From IMG/VR virus record IMGVR_UViG_3300031772_000018: a stretch of 64,000 nt of DNA, one strand, 5' to 3'. Positions 46,478-57,276 of the stretch are shown piece by piece (the stretch's first letter is position 1; every line of letters begins with the position of its first letter). The position numbers were made by a program, and so were the translations under genes. Source of the DNA: an uncultured virus (IMG/VR IMGVR_UViG_3300031772_000018). Its lineage: Duplodnaviria; Heunggongvirae; Uroviricota; Caudoviricetes. The notes beneath the pieces were generated by a model. The model saw only the letters and a program-made list of their open reading frames with translations. It had not been told where the DNA came from and did not search any database.

Positions 46478-48631
46478 ATGAATATAATAAAACGATACCT
46501 TGCATATCTTATAATAGTCGCTCTGCTTACCTTTGTTGGTAATGCACAAGCGGTAATTTACTCTGTGATAACCAACACAGGAACTTTCACCGTGTCAGTG
46601 ACACTTGACACCACCGAAACCAACGTCCCAATCAATCATATGATTCTCGGATCAACCCAAACGAACGTAGTGGTTGGTGATGATGGCACAACGCTGTATA
46701 TTGCTCGCTTTTCGGCATGGACGACGAATGGCGTAACGAATCTGCCGTTTTCTGGCAGAACTCTGTTTGACGCCCAGACCAATAGAGTTTCGTCGTTGAC
46801 CACCAACAAATCGTATTGGAACGAGTCGCGCGACGCGTCGATGGGCGACTTTAATCGCTGGTATCCAGGCAACAACCCAACGAATTGGCTGGCAGCAGCG
46901 GTTTCGGCCATCAACGGCACGACCGTTCTTTGCTGGCAAAATTCTATGGTGCGAACTGGAATGTGTCGGATTGCGAAGCGCGATACAGGTATGTATAAAG
47001 CGGGGGAGACTGTAGATTTAACGAGTCAGGACAACTCGGCCTTAACGGTCTACACCGTCATTACGGGAAAGTGTCACACTGTTTTTTCTGGTGCTTCCCC
47101 CGCGGCAATAACAAATCTTCCCGTTGGTTTTTACTTTGCAGAGAACAGCGATGATCGGATCCAGTTTATTGTCTTGCCCGCAAATTATCTTCCGGCGCCA
47201 TGGTTTATGACAGAAGGCCCGATCGCGGCGGGTGAAGTCGGGACGATGGTTGGTATCTTTACCAATATGAACCCGTCAATTCTGCGGATTCATTACGGCC
47301 ACAATTGGTCAACTCTTCAAACAAATGGTGTTCCTGCTGGCGAAGACCCCGCGACGTGGGATTGGAATTACTGTGTTCCTGGTAACTGCGGGCCGCATAT
47401 GGAAGATTCGATCAACTATCTGCCTAATGGAATTACCAATGCTGGCTCAACCAGAGAAATCATCCTTCATGCTGAGTCGGCACCCGTCTATTACGCGACG
47501 AACACTTGGGCGGAGTTCGCACGCGGTTGGACAAACTATGTCGGCGCGCTGATGACTCATTTTAAGACGCTGGCTGACCAAGGCCGGGTTTATCTGGAGA
47601 TTTTGAATGAGCCGTGGTATGAGACACAACTGAACTCGCCCAATCTCAAAGTTCGGATACCATTCGACGCGACTGGCTGTCCCACAATGGATTGGGGCGA
47701 CCCTGATTGTGGGCAAGCCTACACCAACTGGCTGAATCGGATTTGCGATCTTGTCGAGACGACCATGTATGTGAAGGCAGCCCTTAACAGTAATGTTAAA
47801 ATCTATACTCCCTCAACGGTATCTGCCTATTTAGATCTATTTCGCATGATGGGGACGCGGGGTCTGACGAATCGAATGGCGGGCATCTCTTTCCACGACG
47901 GCGACCTAGATAATGCCCCCGTTGACTTCTACTACCCGTGGTGGGAAGCCTATAAATCTTGGGCGTTTACTCCATATACCACTCATGTAGCTTATGTGCA
48001 GGCTATTTCAGCTACTATGGGTACTGTCCCGTTGTTCGTGGATGAAACTGAGTATAGTGCCCGGTCAGCGACTCTGGATACCCCTTATAGCAAAGTTCCC
48101 ACACATCGCTATAATGGGTCGGGCATAGATTGGCATACAGGGGAACAGAGATTGATAAAAAATGCACTGATTTTACTTGCCTATAATATGCAGATGTGGA
48201 ATGGCAATATGAACATTATTGGCTGGCCGAATGAGTCTCCTCCTTACACTGACCTAGAACAGAGTTGGAATCAGTTCTCTGGATTTGAAGTGGGTCATGG
48301 TCCAAAACCACAGACTGGCGCAATATTTATGTTAGCAACATTAACTCGTGGGTTAAAACCTCTCGATTTTGTAATTACTAATAGACAAGTTATTGTTACA
48401 TTTAAAGCTCATAATTCAGTTCCAGGAATATCCATTAAACGCATTTTTACTTGGGCAGCAGAGGGTGAAACACAATCTGTGTCGTTACCATCATTGAAGG
48501 ATATTTATGGAAATAAATTGTCAACATCAATTCTTACTGACACTGTTGGGGTTTATGATATTACAAATTTGGTGGGACGCAGCGGAATTGCTACATATGT
48601 TATAGATCCTGTAATTTCTCCTCTTCCGTGA
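46478..48631 (+). CDS. secreted clan GH-A-like glycoside hydrolase (paralog)
   Basis: Signal peptide; EILNEP, ISFHDG, FVDETE; collinear with 44295 ORF. Confidence 0.65.
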   Translation: MNIIKRYLAYLIIVALLTFVGNAQAVIYSVITNTGTFTVSVTLDTTETNVPINHMILGSTQTNVVVGDDGTTLYIARFSAWTTNGVTNLPFSGRTLFDAQTNRVSSLTTNKSYWNESRDASMGDFNRWYPGNNPTNWLAAAVSAINGTTVLCWQNSMVRTGMCRIAKRDTGMYKAGETVDLTSQDNSALTVYTVITGKCHTVFSGASPAAITNLPVGFYFAENSDDRIQFIVLPANYLPAPWFMTEGPIAAGEVGTMVGIFTNMNPSILRIHYGHNWSTLQTNGVPAGEDPATWDWNYCVPGNCGPHMEDSINYLPNGITNAGSTREIILHAESAPVYYATNTWAEFARGWTNYVGALMTHFKTLADQGRVYLEILNEPWYETQLNSPNLKVRIPFDATGCPTMDWGDPDCGQAYTNWLNRICDLVETTMYVKAALNSNVKIYTPSTVSAYLDLFRMMGTRGLTNRMAGISFHDGDLDNAPVDFYYPWWEAYKSWAFTPYTTHVAYVQAISATMGTVPLFVDETEYSARSATLDTPYSKVPTHRYNGSGIDWHTGEQRLIKNALILLAYNMQMWNGNMNIIGWPNESPPYTDLEQSWNQFSGFEVGHGPKPQTGAIFMLATLTRGLKPLDFVITNRQVIVTFKAHNSVPGISIKRIFTWAAEGETQSVSLPSLKDIYGNKLSTSILTDTVGVYDITNLVGRSGIATYVIDPVISPLP

Positions 48632-48693
48632 CATTATTTCATTGCGATAATATATCAATTAAAACACATAAAACATTATATTTATAGGCATAT

Positions 48694-50775
48694 ATGTCTT
48701 TATCATTTAATTCTGAAATCTTCACGGGTTCAATAACAAACTATTGTATTAGCGGTTCTGTTAGTGGGCCGTTTACTGGTTCAATTAATGGTTTTACTGG
48801 CAGTCTTACAAATTTTAATGGTATTATAAGTGGATATATATCAGGAAGTTATGCGTTATCATCTAGCCAGTTTGTTGTTGAAAAACGAAGAGTATTACAA
48901 CGAAGTCTTTTAAAGTTTGATTTAACTGAGATTTCCAAGTCTGTTACCACAGCTGAGATAGCTAATCCTAAATTTATATTAAATTTGAAAACCACGGATG
49001 CTTCAGCGTTGCCCCTTACATATAAAATATATTGTTATCCGTTAAAATGGCCATGGGAGATGGGAAATGGTATATATGCATTTGGTGGAAGTGAGGCGGG
49101 TGTAAACTGGGTATTTACAAACTGGCCGGATACTTCAAGTGTGTGGTATCCAAACATTGATACATCATATGTTCCGGATGAGAATTATTTGGATTATCCG
49201 TCTACTGCATCATTTATGATGGGCGGTGGTCAGTGGTATTATATTGTACCACCAAATTTTATTTTTCCATCGTCAAGTGTTCAAACCACATTTTTTGATA
49301 CACCAGCTTCTACTTTTGAATCGGTATATTCTTCAAGTTTACAGACTAATTTGACTTCTAGTTTTTATAGTATATTAAGTTCAAGTTTGAATTCTGTGCT
49401 GACCAATGCCCAATTAACAAACGCGAATATACAAAACTCATATACATTCTTATTAAATTTAACGGATTCAATTTATAACAATGTAACATCAAGTGTAAAT
49501 GCAACTACAGATCCATCGTCAAGTCTTGAAGTAAGTGCTAGTGTTTGCTTTTTATTAGCACTTTCTTCTAGTTTACAATCATCTTTATATCCGGTGCAAT
49601 TTTCCAGTTCATTTGCGTCAGCTTCATATTCTTATATTTTAACGATATCAAGCAGTTTGTCTAGTTCAATATACAGCGAATTATATGCAAAATTAAATCA
49701 ACTGGGAGCAACAAATTTGTCAAATAGTCTTGTTGCTTTAACTGCATATAATTTCTACACTAATTACTATAATAGTTTATTTCAAGAATTAAGTACTAGT
49801 TCAAATCATTGCTTTGTATTAACATCAAGTCTTTCTCAGTGTGATCCGAAATATGCGGGAGCATATGCGGAATATTTAAATACTTCTAGTTTACTAGCAG
49901 GACTGAAAACTGAATATTTAGGATTTGTATTAGCTGATATATCTCCGTATATATTGTCTAGTTCCACAGCGGTTTTACAAACACAATTTTCTTCAAGTAT
50001 TTTTAACGCATTTTCTTCTAGTTTTATGTCATATTTTAACGCGGGTATACAATCGGTGGAAAATTACACTTATAATCAAACCACTGGTAGCACGCCAAGT
50101 TATTATGTGTCTAGTTATTTTTCTTCGTTACAATCATCTAGTTCATTGATATGTTCACAGAGTTTTGATTATTATCAAAAGTCAGATATAAAGATGGACA
50201 TAACTAATATTTGTAAGGCTTGGATGGCGGGAGCGGTACAAAATGCGGGTCTTATTCTAATAAGTTCAGAAGAAATAGCAAATGGTGATACTAACGGAAA
50301 ATTAAAATTCTTTTCTAAAGAAACCAATACGATATATACTCCATATATTGATGTTCAATGGGATGATTCATCATTCTCAACTGGAGAGCTTGCTCCTATA
50401 ACTTCAAGTGCTGGAATAGCTGTTTCTATTAAGAATTTAAAGAAAGAATATAAGTTTGGTTCGATGGTTAGATTTGATATATTTTCAAGGGATTTGTATC
50501 CAAAAAAATCATTTTCCAGATTACAAACTGTATATTTAGACACAAAATATTTGCCTACTTCCAGCTATTATGCTATTAAAGATATGGAGAGCGATGAAAA
50601 TGTTGTAGATTTCGATAATTATAGTAAATTAAGTTGTGATGAAAATGGAAATTACTTTAAACTGGATACTACTGGTCTACCTCAAGAAAGATATTATAAG
50701 GTTTTGATAAAAGTTGTAACGGATAATTTTACCGAAATATATGATAGTAATGCTATATTTAAAATTGTAAGATAA
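48694..50775 (+). CDS. structural protein with DNRLRE-like core and long Ser-rich insert
   Basis: RSLLKFDL, WEMGNG, DITNICKAW...NAGLIL...FFSKET..IYTP; C-terminal FKIVR; late motif at 48679. Confidence 0.75.
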   Translation: MSLSFNSEIFTGSITNYCISGSVSGPFTGSINGFTGSLTNFNGIISGYISGSYALSSSQFVVEKRRVLQRSLLKFDLTEISKSVTTAEIANPKFILNLKTTDASALPLTYKIYCYPLKWPWEMGNGIYAFGGSEAGVNWVFTNWPDTSSVWYPNIDTSYVPDENYLDYPSTASFMMGGGQWYYIVPPNFIFPSSSVQTTFFDTPASTFESVYSSSLQTNLTSSFYSILSSSLNSVLTNAQLTNANIQNSYTFLLNLTDSIYNNVTSSVNATTDPSSSLEVSASVCFLLALSSSLQSSLYPVQFSSSFASASYSYILTISSSLSSSIYSELYAKLNQLGATNLSNSLVALTAYNFYTNYYNSLFQELSTSSNHCFVLTSSLSQCDPKYAGAYAEYLNTSSLLAGLKTEYLGFVLADISPYILSSSTAVLQTQFSSSIFNAFSSSFMSYFNAGIQSVENYTYNQTTGSTPSYYVSSYFSSLQSSSSLICSQSFDYYQKSDIKMDITNICKAWMAGAVQNAGLILISSEEIANGDTNGKLKFFSKETNTIYTPYIDVQWDDSSFSTGELAPITSSAGIAVSIKNLKKEYKFGSMVRFDIFSRDLYPKKSFSRLQTVYLDTKYLPTSSYYAIKDMESDENVVDFDNYSKLSCDENGNYFKLDTTGLPQERYYKVLIKVVTDNFTEIYDSNAIFKIVR

Positions 50776-51698
50776 TGAGCGACAACTTAAATAAATTTAA
50801 TGTAGATATATCAAGTTTCAGAAATGATTCTTTGATTTATGTTTATAGTTTTGATTCTGTTGGTAATTTGTTTTTTAAAGATAGTGGTGAAATTTTTAAT
50901 CAAACCTTTTTGAAGAAAAATAATTTTAATTATTCTTATGATGAAACCAAATTATCCCAATTTTATACTTTAGATTTTGAAGAATTTCTTCCTGGAGCAG
51001 CATCTGATGCGCCTTCTGTAGATTTTTCTGCGTTGGTAAGTTCTTTAAATGACCAAGTACAATCATTACAAGATCAACTTTCTGCGGTGGGAATAGATTC
51101 TGCTGTAGTAGCTGATTTAATTGCTAATTCTAATAATGCAAGAGATGTTATTATCTCTTTAAGAATACTTTTGGGTCAAGGTACAACTGAAGCGGATTTT
51201 TCTGAAGAATTTCCATATTTACCATTGAACGCTCCTGCGCCGGCAACGGGTTCGAGAGAACCAATTGTATTTCCCACAGGATCGGCGCAGATTTCTGCTA
51301 GTAATCCATTAGCCATATTCGATTTGAATTCAGATTTCATATTGGATAAAAAAGAAATTAAGAATATACAGCAGCAATATAAGATAGGAAATCCTGTTTT
51401 ATTGGACACTTTAAAAAGGAAAGACAATACACTTCCGCTTTCCAAGACTGATTTACAGTTTATTATTGACACATTTTACAGAAATGTAGCAAAAATAGAG
51501 ACAAAAACATCATTGTTATCAAAATTTGATGTGGATGGTAATTTTATGTTGAGTAAAAAAGAAATAAAGACATTAAAGAAACAGTATAAGATAGGAAATC
51601 CTGTGGTCACTTCTTTTAATACTGATGGCAAGAAAGGCCTTTCTAAAACAGAATTACTTACTCTTGAAAGGGCTATATTAACCCCTCCGTCATCATAA
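50775..51698 (+). CDS. structural protein with EF-hand-like repeats
   Basis: FDLNSDFILDKKE, FDVDGNFMLSKKE, FNTDGKKGLSKTE; duplicated QYKIGNPV. Confidence 0.7.
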   Translation: MSDNLNKFNVDISSFRNDSLIYVYSFDSVGNLFFKDSGEIFNQTFLKKNNFNYSYDETKLSQFYTLDFEEFLPGAASDAPSVDFSALVSSLNDQVQSLQDQLSAVGIDSAVVADLIANSNNARDVIISLRILLGQGTTEADFSEEFPYLPLNAPAPATGSREPIVFPTGSAQISASNPLAIFDLNSDFILDKKEIKNIQQQYKIGNPVLLDTLKRKDNTLPLSKTDLQFIIDTFYRNVAKIETKTSLLSKFDVDGNFMLSKKEIKTLKKQYKIGNPVVTSFNTDGKKGLSKTELLTLERAILTPPSS

Positions 51699-51733
51699 AA
51701 GTTTATAATATTTGATATATATTACTGGCCGTT

Positions 51734-54700
51734 ATGTTACCATTTAATATATTAGAAGAAAAAGCAAATCAAGTCAACAAAATTAGTTATTTGTCTGCAC
51801 TTGAAAGTTCTACGGTTTTGCTTAGCGATACCAACGAATTGTTTTTTGGAAATGATGAAAATAGTAAAATTTATTTTGGCTTATTTAACAATAAGCAAGA
51901 AAAGATTTCATTTTCAATCATAACCGGTTCACACATACCACAAAATGTTCAATACAGATATGAAGATATAGATGGAAATATTTTCATAGATCAATTTTCT
52001 TATTACAAAAATAATTTTATACAAGACAAAGAAAAAAATCTTTTGATTGATATAAGTGAATCAATTAAAAGTGCTGGCAATACATCTTCTGATGTTTTCT
52101 ATGTTTTGATAGATCCTATTATTGATTTATTTTCTTTTAGTTCTTCACTTTTAATAAAGGAAATAAGTAATTCTAGAAAAGAAATCAAATTGGTTAAAAA
52201 CTTTTCTCAAGAAAATGTAAATAGTACCGTTACACTTTCCGTTGAGGGTGAACAGATTTATCTAAATGGTTCTACTGAGGTCAATCTATTAAAAGGAATT
52301 GTATATAATATAAATGTATTAGTTCCAACTGATAATTTTGAGAAAATTGCTTTTAGTTTGACTCCTGATGGTGCGTTGTTTGTTGGTGGTGTCGCATACA
52401 CAAAAAATATATTATACAAAACATCAAGAGGACAAATTGTATTAGATGCAACCGATGAAAGTTTTCCATCCGTTTTATATGTTTACAATAACACCTTTAC
52501 CAATTCTGGTGTAAAAATTAATTTCTTGGATAAGATAGATGATGCGGTTCTAAAATTAAACACTGAATTTTTAGCATTAGACGCGAAAAACTTTTTATAC
52601 AAAAGAATCTATCCATCTATGGATTATTATTTGTCTTCGTTTAATTCTAATAGAGCATTAAATACTGCCAAAAAAGAAAATGCAGAAAAATTAAACTCAT
52701 TGTATACTTTATTTAATTTAAAAAGTGAAAATCAGTTGTTTGATTTGATTAATACGATATATTACGGAGAATCATTTTTTGATAATAAACTAAGAAAGCA
52801 AATAAAATTTACTGGCATCAAAGAATACATCCTGAATCATATAAAATTTAATTATGAATTTATAGGTGATTATGCTGAATTATCCTCTCAAATAAACGCA
52901 ATAAATGTATATACTGTAGATAAATGGCTGTTGTTAATCAACCCCAATGCAACGCAAACATATTCGGATATAAAATTATACTCTGATAGTTTGTCTTTTT
53001 TAACAAATTTATTTAATAACTTTTTATTGCTATCGCAGATTTTTCTTAAAGCGGACTATATAGAAAAATTTCATTCTCCATTGAAAACCGCGCTTCATTT
53101 TGATGAAGAAAATATGGCATTGTTGTTGAATTCTAGGGTGGATTATTCAGATCCGGCCAATTTGGAATATGTTGTAAAGCTTAAAGATCCTCTATCAGAT
53201 GCTTATGATGTTGGTACAGTTTGTGGCGCAGTTAATATTTCTATTGAACCATTTTTTCAAAAAATTAATTATGCACAGTTAATTCAAAAGAAGGGTATAA
53301 GATTATCTGGACCAAATTTTTCAATAAATATAAGTGATAAAACATCTCTTGATAAAGTTACAAAATATTACACGGCAGAAGAACTAAATGCTGATTATAA
53401 TGTAAATAATGAAATTTTATTATCAAAAAACATAAAACAATTTAACATAGACTATACAGATTTTTCCAATTTTGTTGTGTTTTCTTCTGCGCATATTCGT
53501 GTTAAAATATTTGAAAATAAGATAATTAAATTAACATTGTTGGAACAAGATATTTTAGATTTGGCTAAAGCGGGAAATATCCCACCAATTTATACTCAAG
53601 CAGATGGTTACAATAATACAATACAATTGAATGTGTATGGCGACAAGTTAGAGCAAAAGAATGATATTATTAATTCATTTGATTTTTATGAGTCATATCT
53701 TTACGAACAATATATTGCTGGGAATTTTGTTTATGACATAAATACCAAAAAATTTATTGAGCCAGCTGATGTTGGATTATCTAATCCAAGGATATCAAAT
53801 TATATAGATGAATTAGAAACAAATGCAATACAATACGATAGACAAAATCGAGACAGTTTAATCAGTAATACTCCAGAGTTTATTTCTGCAAATTCTGATA
53901 ATGATGAATATTTGAAGTTTTTAAGTATGGTTGGTCATCATTTTGATAACATTTATCTTTATATTGCAAATTTTAATTTATACAGAGAAATTGGAAGTAA
54001 TATAGACGATGGTTTGAGCCGTGGATTGTTAAATAACATTCTAAATTCGTTTGGCTTTAAAATTCCTCCAAGTCTTTCTGGAAATAGTGATGAAGCAGAT
54101 ATTACAAATACATATTTGTCAAATACATACAATTCTGGATCTTACGAGTTTTCGTTGGATGATAGAACTAAAATAATCTGGAAAAGAATATTAACTAATC
54201 TTCCTGTTATATACAAATCAAAAGGTACCCAAGAGGCTATAAAATACATTTTGTCTTGTTATGGTGTTCCAAGGAATTTGATACAAATAAAAGAATTTGG
54301 CGGTGGTTATAATAGGCCTATTATTGAATCGTGGAATGATGTATCTACAAATGTTTATTTGTTGGAATTTACGGGCAGCAACGATGAATATGTAAAGATA
54401 AAAGACATTATACCTCATAAATCGGTTGATTTTAAATTCTGGCTTAATACAAGTAATTATAGTGATAAATCTATTGTTCAGTTGTTATCTAGATATAATG
54501 TTAGTGGTGATCAAGTATTTTCTTTGGGCATTATAAAGGAAAAAGAAACACTGGGACGGGTTTATGTTATATTTAAATTAGGAGGGGATGAGTTTAAATA
54601 TGTAACCGATCAATTTTATTTACTTTCCGACGACATAATTGGAGTATTATTTAGAAGAAATTTGATTGATTCGAATTTTGAAAGTGTTATTGATGAAGGT

Positions 54701-56515
54701 ATTATACCAACACAATATGATATTTTGGTGTGTAAAAGAAGTAATGAGTTGACCACCGATTCATTTCAGTATTCATTTTATCTTTCTTCGTCATTTAACA
54801 CCATTTTTGAAATTAATAACTTTAATATTTTTGGAAATATTACATCATCGGTTACAGGGAGTGGAACATTCTTAGATATTAATTCGATAATACCAGGATA
54901 TTCTGTTAAAAACTTTATCGGTGCATTAGATAAATTCTCATATAATCTATCTCCTATATCAAATAATACATTTTATACAAAAAACAGAAACATATATTCT
55001 TATTACGATGGAAGTCCATCATCTAGCTATGTGAATTCTGTCTTTAACTTTGATTTGGGTTATCCAATTGATATTAGCGTAAGTTCGTCTACGGCAAATG
55101 GATTTTTGGTTTATAATAACAATATCAACTATTCTTATTTAACCGCATCATTGTATAATTTTGTTGGTAGTAATTATACGGAAATATTTAATACATCTAG
55201 TTGCATGTCACAATCTGTGACGATATTTCCATATCAAACAAAGGATTTTGAAGCTACAATTAAATATGATGTAAGCGGAGTAGGACCATCTAGACTTGAA
55301 AATGTAAAAATAAACAGACATTATGAAACTAGAGTAGATAATACGCTTTCACCACATTCTTCAGTTTCACAAAAAGAATCTCAGAATTATTATGAAGATT
55401 CCAACAAACTTGGAATATTTTTGGCGCCTACCGATGAAAGAAACAAAGATATATTGGATTTTTACGGAGACACTAACATTATATCGTCGGTAGCTTATCC
55501 CGAAGATAGATATTCATCTAATTTTCGCTATAAGTCCTTTAGACTTTTAAGAAATGATTTTTACAATTATGCTAACAAATATAAGGTATTATTTAATGAG
55601 TTGTTTGCAATTTATAACATTTATGTTGACAGAAGTATATTTGAAACATTAAAGAATGTATTTCCAGCGCGAAATAAAGTATATACTGGATTATTAATTG
55701 AACAAACAATTTTGGAAAGAACAAGAATACCAAATCTTCCACCATTTGTTGATAACATCAATGTGCCGACGGGTTATATAGACCTTCGGAATATTATAAA
55801 TCATATCAATGGTGGAGAATTTACAAATTTATTATCAACGAATTCAAAAATGATAAAATATCAATATGATGATTCATATGTGGAAAATAATTATTATGGC
55901 TTCTCAGATATTAGTGACACTCCTGACAAATATCAACATGGTCTTTTCATAGAATCTGGAAGTGGTATAACTCAATATGATTCTGATTATTATTATGTAT
56001 ATCTGGTTGATGTTCCACTAAAAGTTCATTACACAGATAGAATGAATTTATTGGGTACATTGGAAAAAACTTTTAAACGCGTAGAATTAGTAGAAACAGC
56101 ATCGGCTTTTAATGCTTCTCCACCTCCTAATTATACTTTATATTATAAAAACTATTACAATAACACTTCGTTTAAACCATTGTCTTTTAGAAAAGAGGCT
56201 TATCCAAATTTTAATACTAATGTATTTGTTTCACCTTCGCCTTCTTGGACGGTTAAATCAAGACAAACAAGTATAACAACAATAAATCAATCGAGAAAAA
56301 CAGATAGAAGCCCGATAATATCAACTGGAACTGGTGGCGTGATTAATACTGGTCAAGTAGGTTCGACCAGTAATGTCGGTGTAACTACAACGGGTGGTGG
56401 TGGGTCAGCTATAATTACAGGTGGGGGAACGGCTGGTACAGGCGGTTCAACTGGTGGAACAACCACCACACCAATTGGAGTGGCTAGTAGCCCAACTCCT
56501 ACAATTGTGAGATAA
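51734..56515 (+). CDS. large baseplate/tail protein
   Basis: 1593 aa; DYTDFSNFV.FSSA, MVGHHFD, IYKSKGT..AI...CYG tail-protein motif. Confidence 0.75.
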   Translation: MLPFNILEEKANQVNKISYLSALESSTVLLSDTNELFFGNDENSKIYFGLFNNKQEKISFSIITGSHIPQNVQYRYEDIDGNIFIDQFSYYKNNFIQDKEKNLLIDISESIKSAGNTSSDVFYVLIDPIIDLFSFSSSLLIKEISNSRKEIKLVKNFSQENVNSTVTLSVEGEQIYLNGSTEVNLLKGIVYNINVLVPTDNFEKIAFSLTPDGALFVGGVAYTKNILYKTSRGQIVLDATDESFPSVLYVYNNTFTNSGVKINFLDKIDDAVLKLNTEFLALDAKNFLYKRIYPSMDYYLSSFNSNRALNTAKKENAEKLNSLYTLFNLKSENQLFDLINTIYYGESFFDNKLRKQIKFTGIKEYILNHIKFNYEFIGDYAELSSQINAINVYTVDKWLLLINPNATQTYSDIKLYSDSLSFLTNLFNNFLLLSQIFLKADYIEKFHSPLKTALHFDEENMALLLNSRVDYSDPANLEYVVKLKDPLSDAYDVGTVCGAVNISIEPFFQKINYAQLIQKKGIRLSGPNFSINISDKTSLDKVTKYYTAEELNADYNVNNEILLSKNIKQFNIDYTDFSNFVVFSSAHIRVKIFENKIIKLTLLEQDILDLAKAGNIPPIYTQADGYNNTIQLNVYGDKLEQKNDIINSFDFYESYLYEQYIAGNFVYDINTKKFIEPADVGLSNPRISNYIDELETNAIQYDRQNRDSLISNTPEFISANSDNDEYLKFLSMVGHHFDNIYLYIANFNLYREIGSNIDDGLSRGLLNNILNSFGFKIPPSLSGNSDEADITNTYLSNTYNSGSYEFSLDDRTKIIWKRILTNLPVIYKSKGTQEAIKYILSCYGVPRNLIQIKEFGGGYNRPIIESWNDVSTNVYLLEFTGSNDEYVKIKDIIPHKSVDFKFWLNTSNYSDKSIVQLLSRYNVSGDQVFSLGIIKEKETLGRVYVIFKLGGDEFKYVTDQFYLLSDDIIGVLFRRNLIDSNFESVIDEGIIPTQYDILVCKRSNELTTDSFQYSFYLSSSFNTIFEINNFNIFGNITSSVTGSGTFLDINSIIPGYSVKNFIGALDKFSYNLSPISNNTFYTKNRNIYSYYDGSPSSSYVNSVFNFDLGYPIDISVSSSTANGFLVYNNNINYSYLTASLYNFVGSNYTEIFNTSSCMSQSVTIFPYQTKDFEATIKYDVSGVGPSRLENVKINRHYETRVDNTLSPHSSVSQKESQNYYEDSNKLGIFLAPTDERNKDILDFYGDTNIISSVAYPEDRYSSNFRYKSFRLLRNDFYNYANKYKVLFNELFAIYNIYVDRSIFETLKNVFPARNKVYTGLLIEQTILERTRIPNLPPFVDNINVPTGYIDLRNIINHINGGEFTNLLSTNSKMIKYQYDDSYVENNYYGFSDISDTPDKYQHGLFIESGSGITQYDSDYYYVYLVDVPLKVHYTDRMNLLGTLEKTFKRVELVETASAFNASPPPNYTLYYKNYYNNTSFKPLSFRKEAYPNFNTNVFVSPSPSWTVKSRQTSITTINQSRKTDRSPIISTGTGGVINTGQVGSTSNVGVTTTGGGGSAIITGGGTAGTGGSTGGTTTTPIGVASSPTPTIVR

Positions 56516-56627
56516 GAGAAAGAAAATGTGTGTTTATCTATATGTATTCATAATAGGATTGCTGGAAAAGAACAAAAAATATATAAATAAAAAATATTTT
56601 TAACACTATTTATTAAAGGAAGATTAT

Positions 56628-57263
56628 ATGTCATATTTGGATAATAAATCAATATTTGTCGATGCGGTCTTAACAAAGAAGGGCAGAGAATTATTGGCAA
56701 AAAATGGAAGTCTTAATATTACATCGTTTGCGTTAGCAGACGATGAAATTGATTATTCGTTGTTTGACCCAAATGCTCCATCGGCACAATTATCTGATAT
56801 CGCGTTGGTAAACACTCCTGTTTTTGAACCAGTTGTTGACGAAACACAGGCATTAAAATTTAAACTAGTTACTTTGGATGAAGGCACAACATTTATACCA
56901 ACAATAACCATTGCACAGGGAAGTATCAATATAAACTCCACCTATACGGGTAGAATAATTATATCTCCATCCACTACACCCGCAAATTACAATTCCAATT
57001 TGGGATATACAGCTATACTTGGTAATAGCAAAGTTGGAAGTTTGATAGTGACTGTCCAAGCGCCATCATTAAATGCTGGCGCAGGAACAACGGCGGTTTT
57101 TGCTGGTGATATAAGTTCTGCAAATTCACAAACATTAATTGGTATGGAATTTGCATTTGTTCCTTCTGCTAATTTACAAAATACAACCTCAACAACACTA
57201 ACCATTATTGGAAATGAAAGTGGAGGCGGAACAACAATTGCAGTAACAGTGACGGTATCTTAA
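56628..57263 (+). CDS. baseplate/tail structural protein
   Basis: DAVLTKKGRELLA...ITSFALADDEIDY; AAGGA SD. Confidence 0.75.
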   Translation: MSYLDNKSIFVDAVLTKKGRELLAKNGSLNITSFALADDEIDYSLFDPNAPSAQLSDIALVNTPVFEPVVDETQALKFKLVTLDEGTTFIPTITIAQGSININSTYTGRIIISPSTTPANYNSNLGYTAILGNSKVGSLIVTVQAPSLNAGAGTTAVFAGDISSANSQTLIGMEFAFVPSANLQNTTSTTLTIIGNESGGGTTIAVTVTVS

Positions 57264-57276
57264 AGAATTTAATATT

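Noticed and set aside
44295..48631. Diversity-generating retroelement template/variable pair
   Set aside because: The paralogs differ throughout rather than at adenines only, and there is no reverse transcriptase in the window
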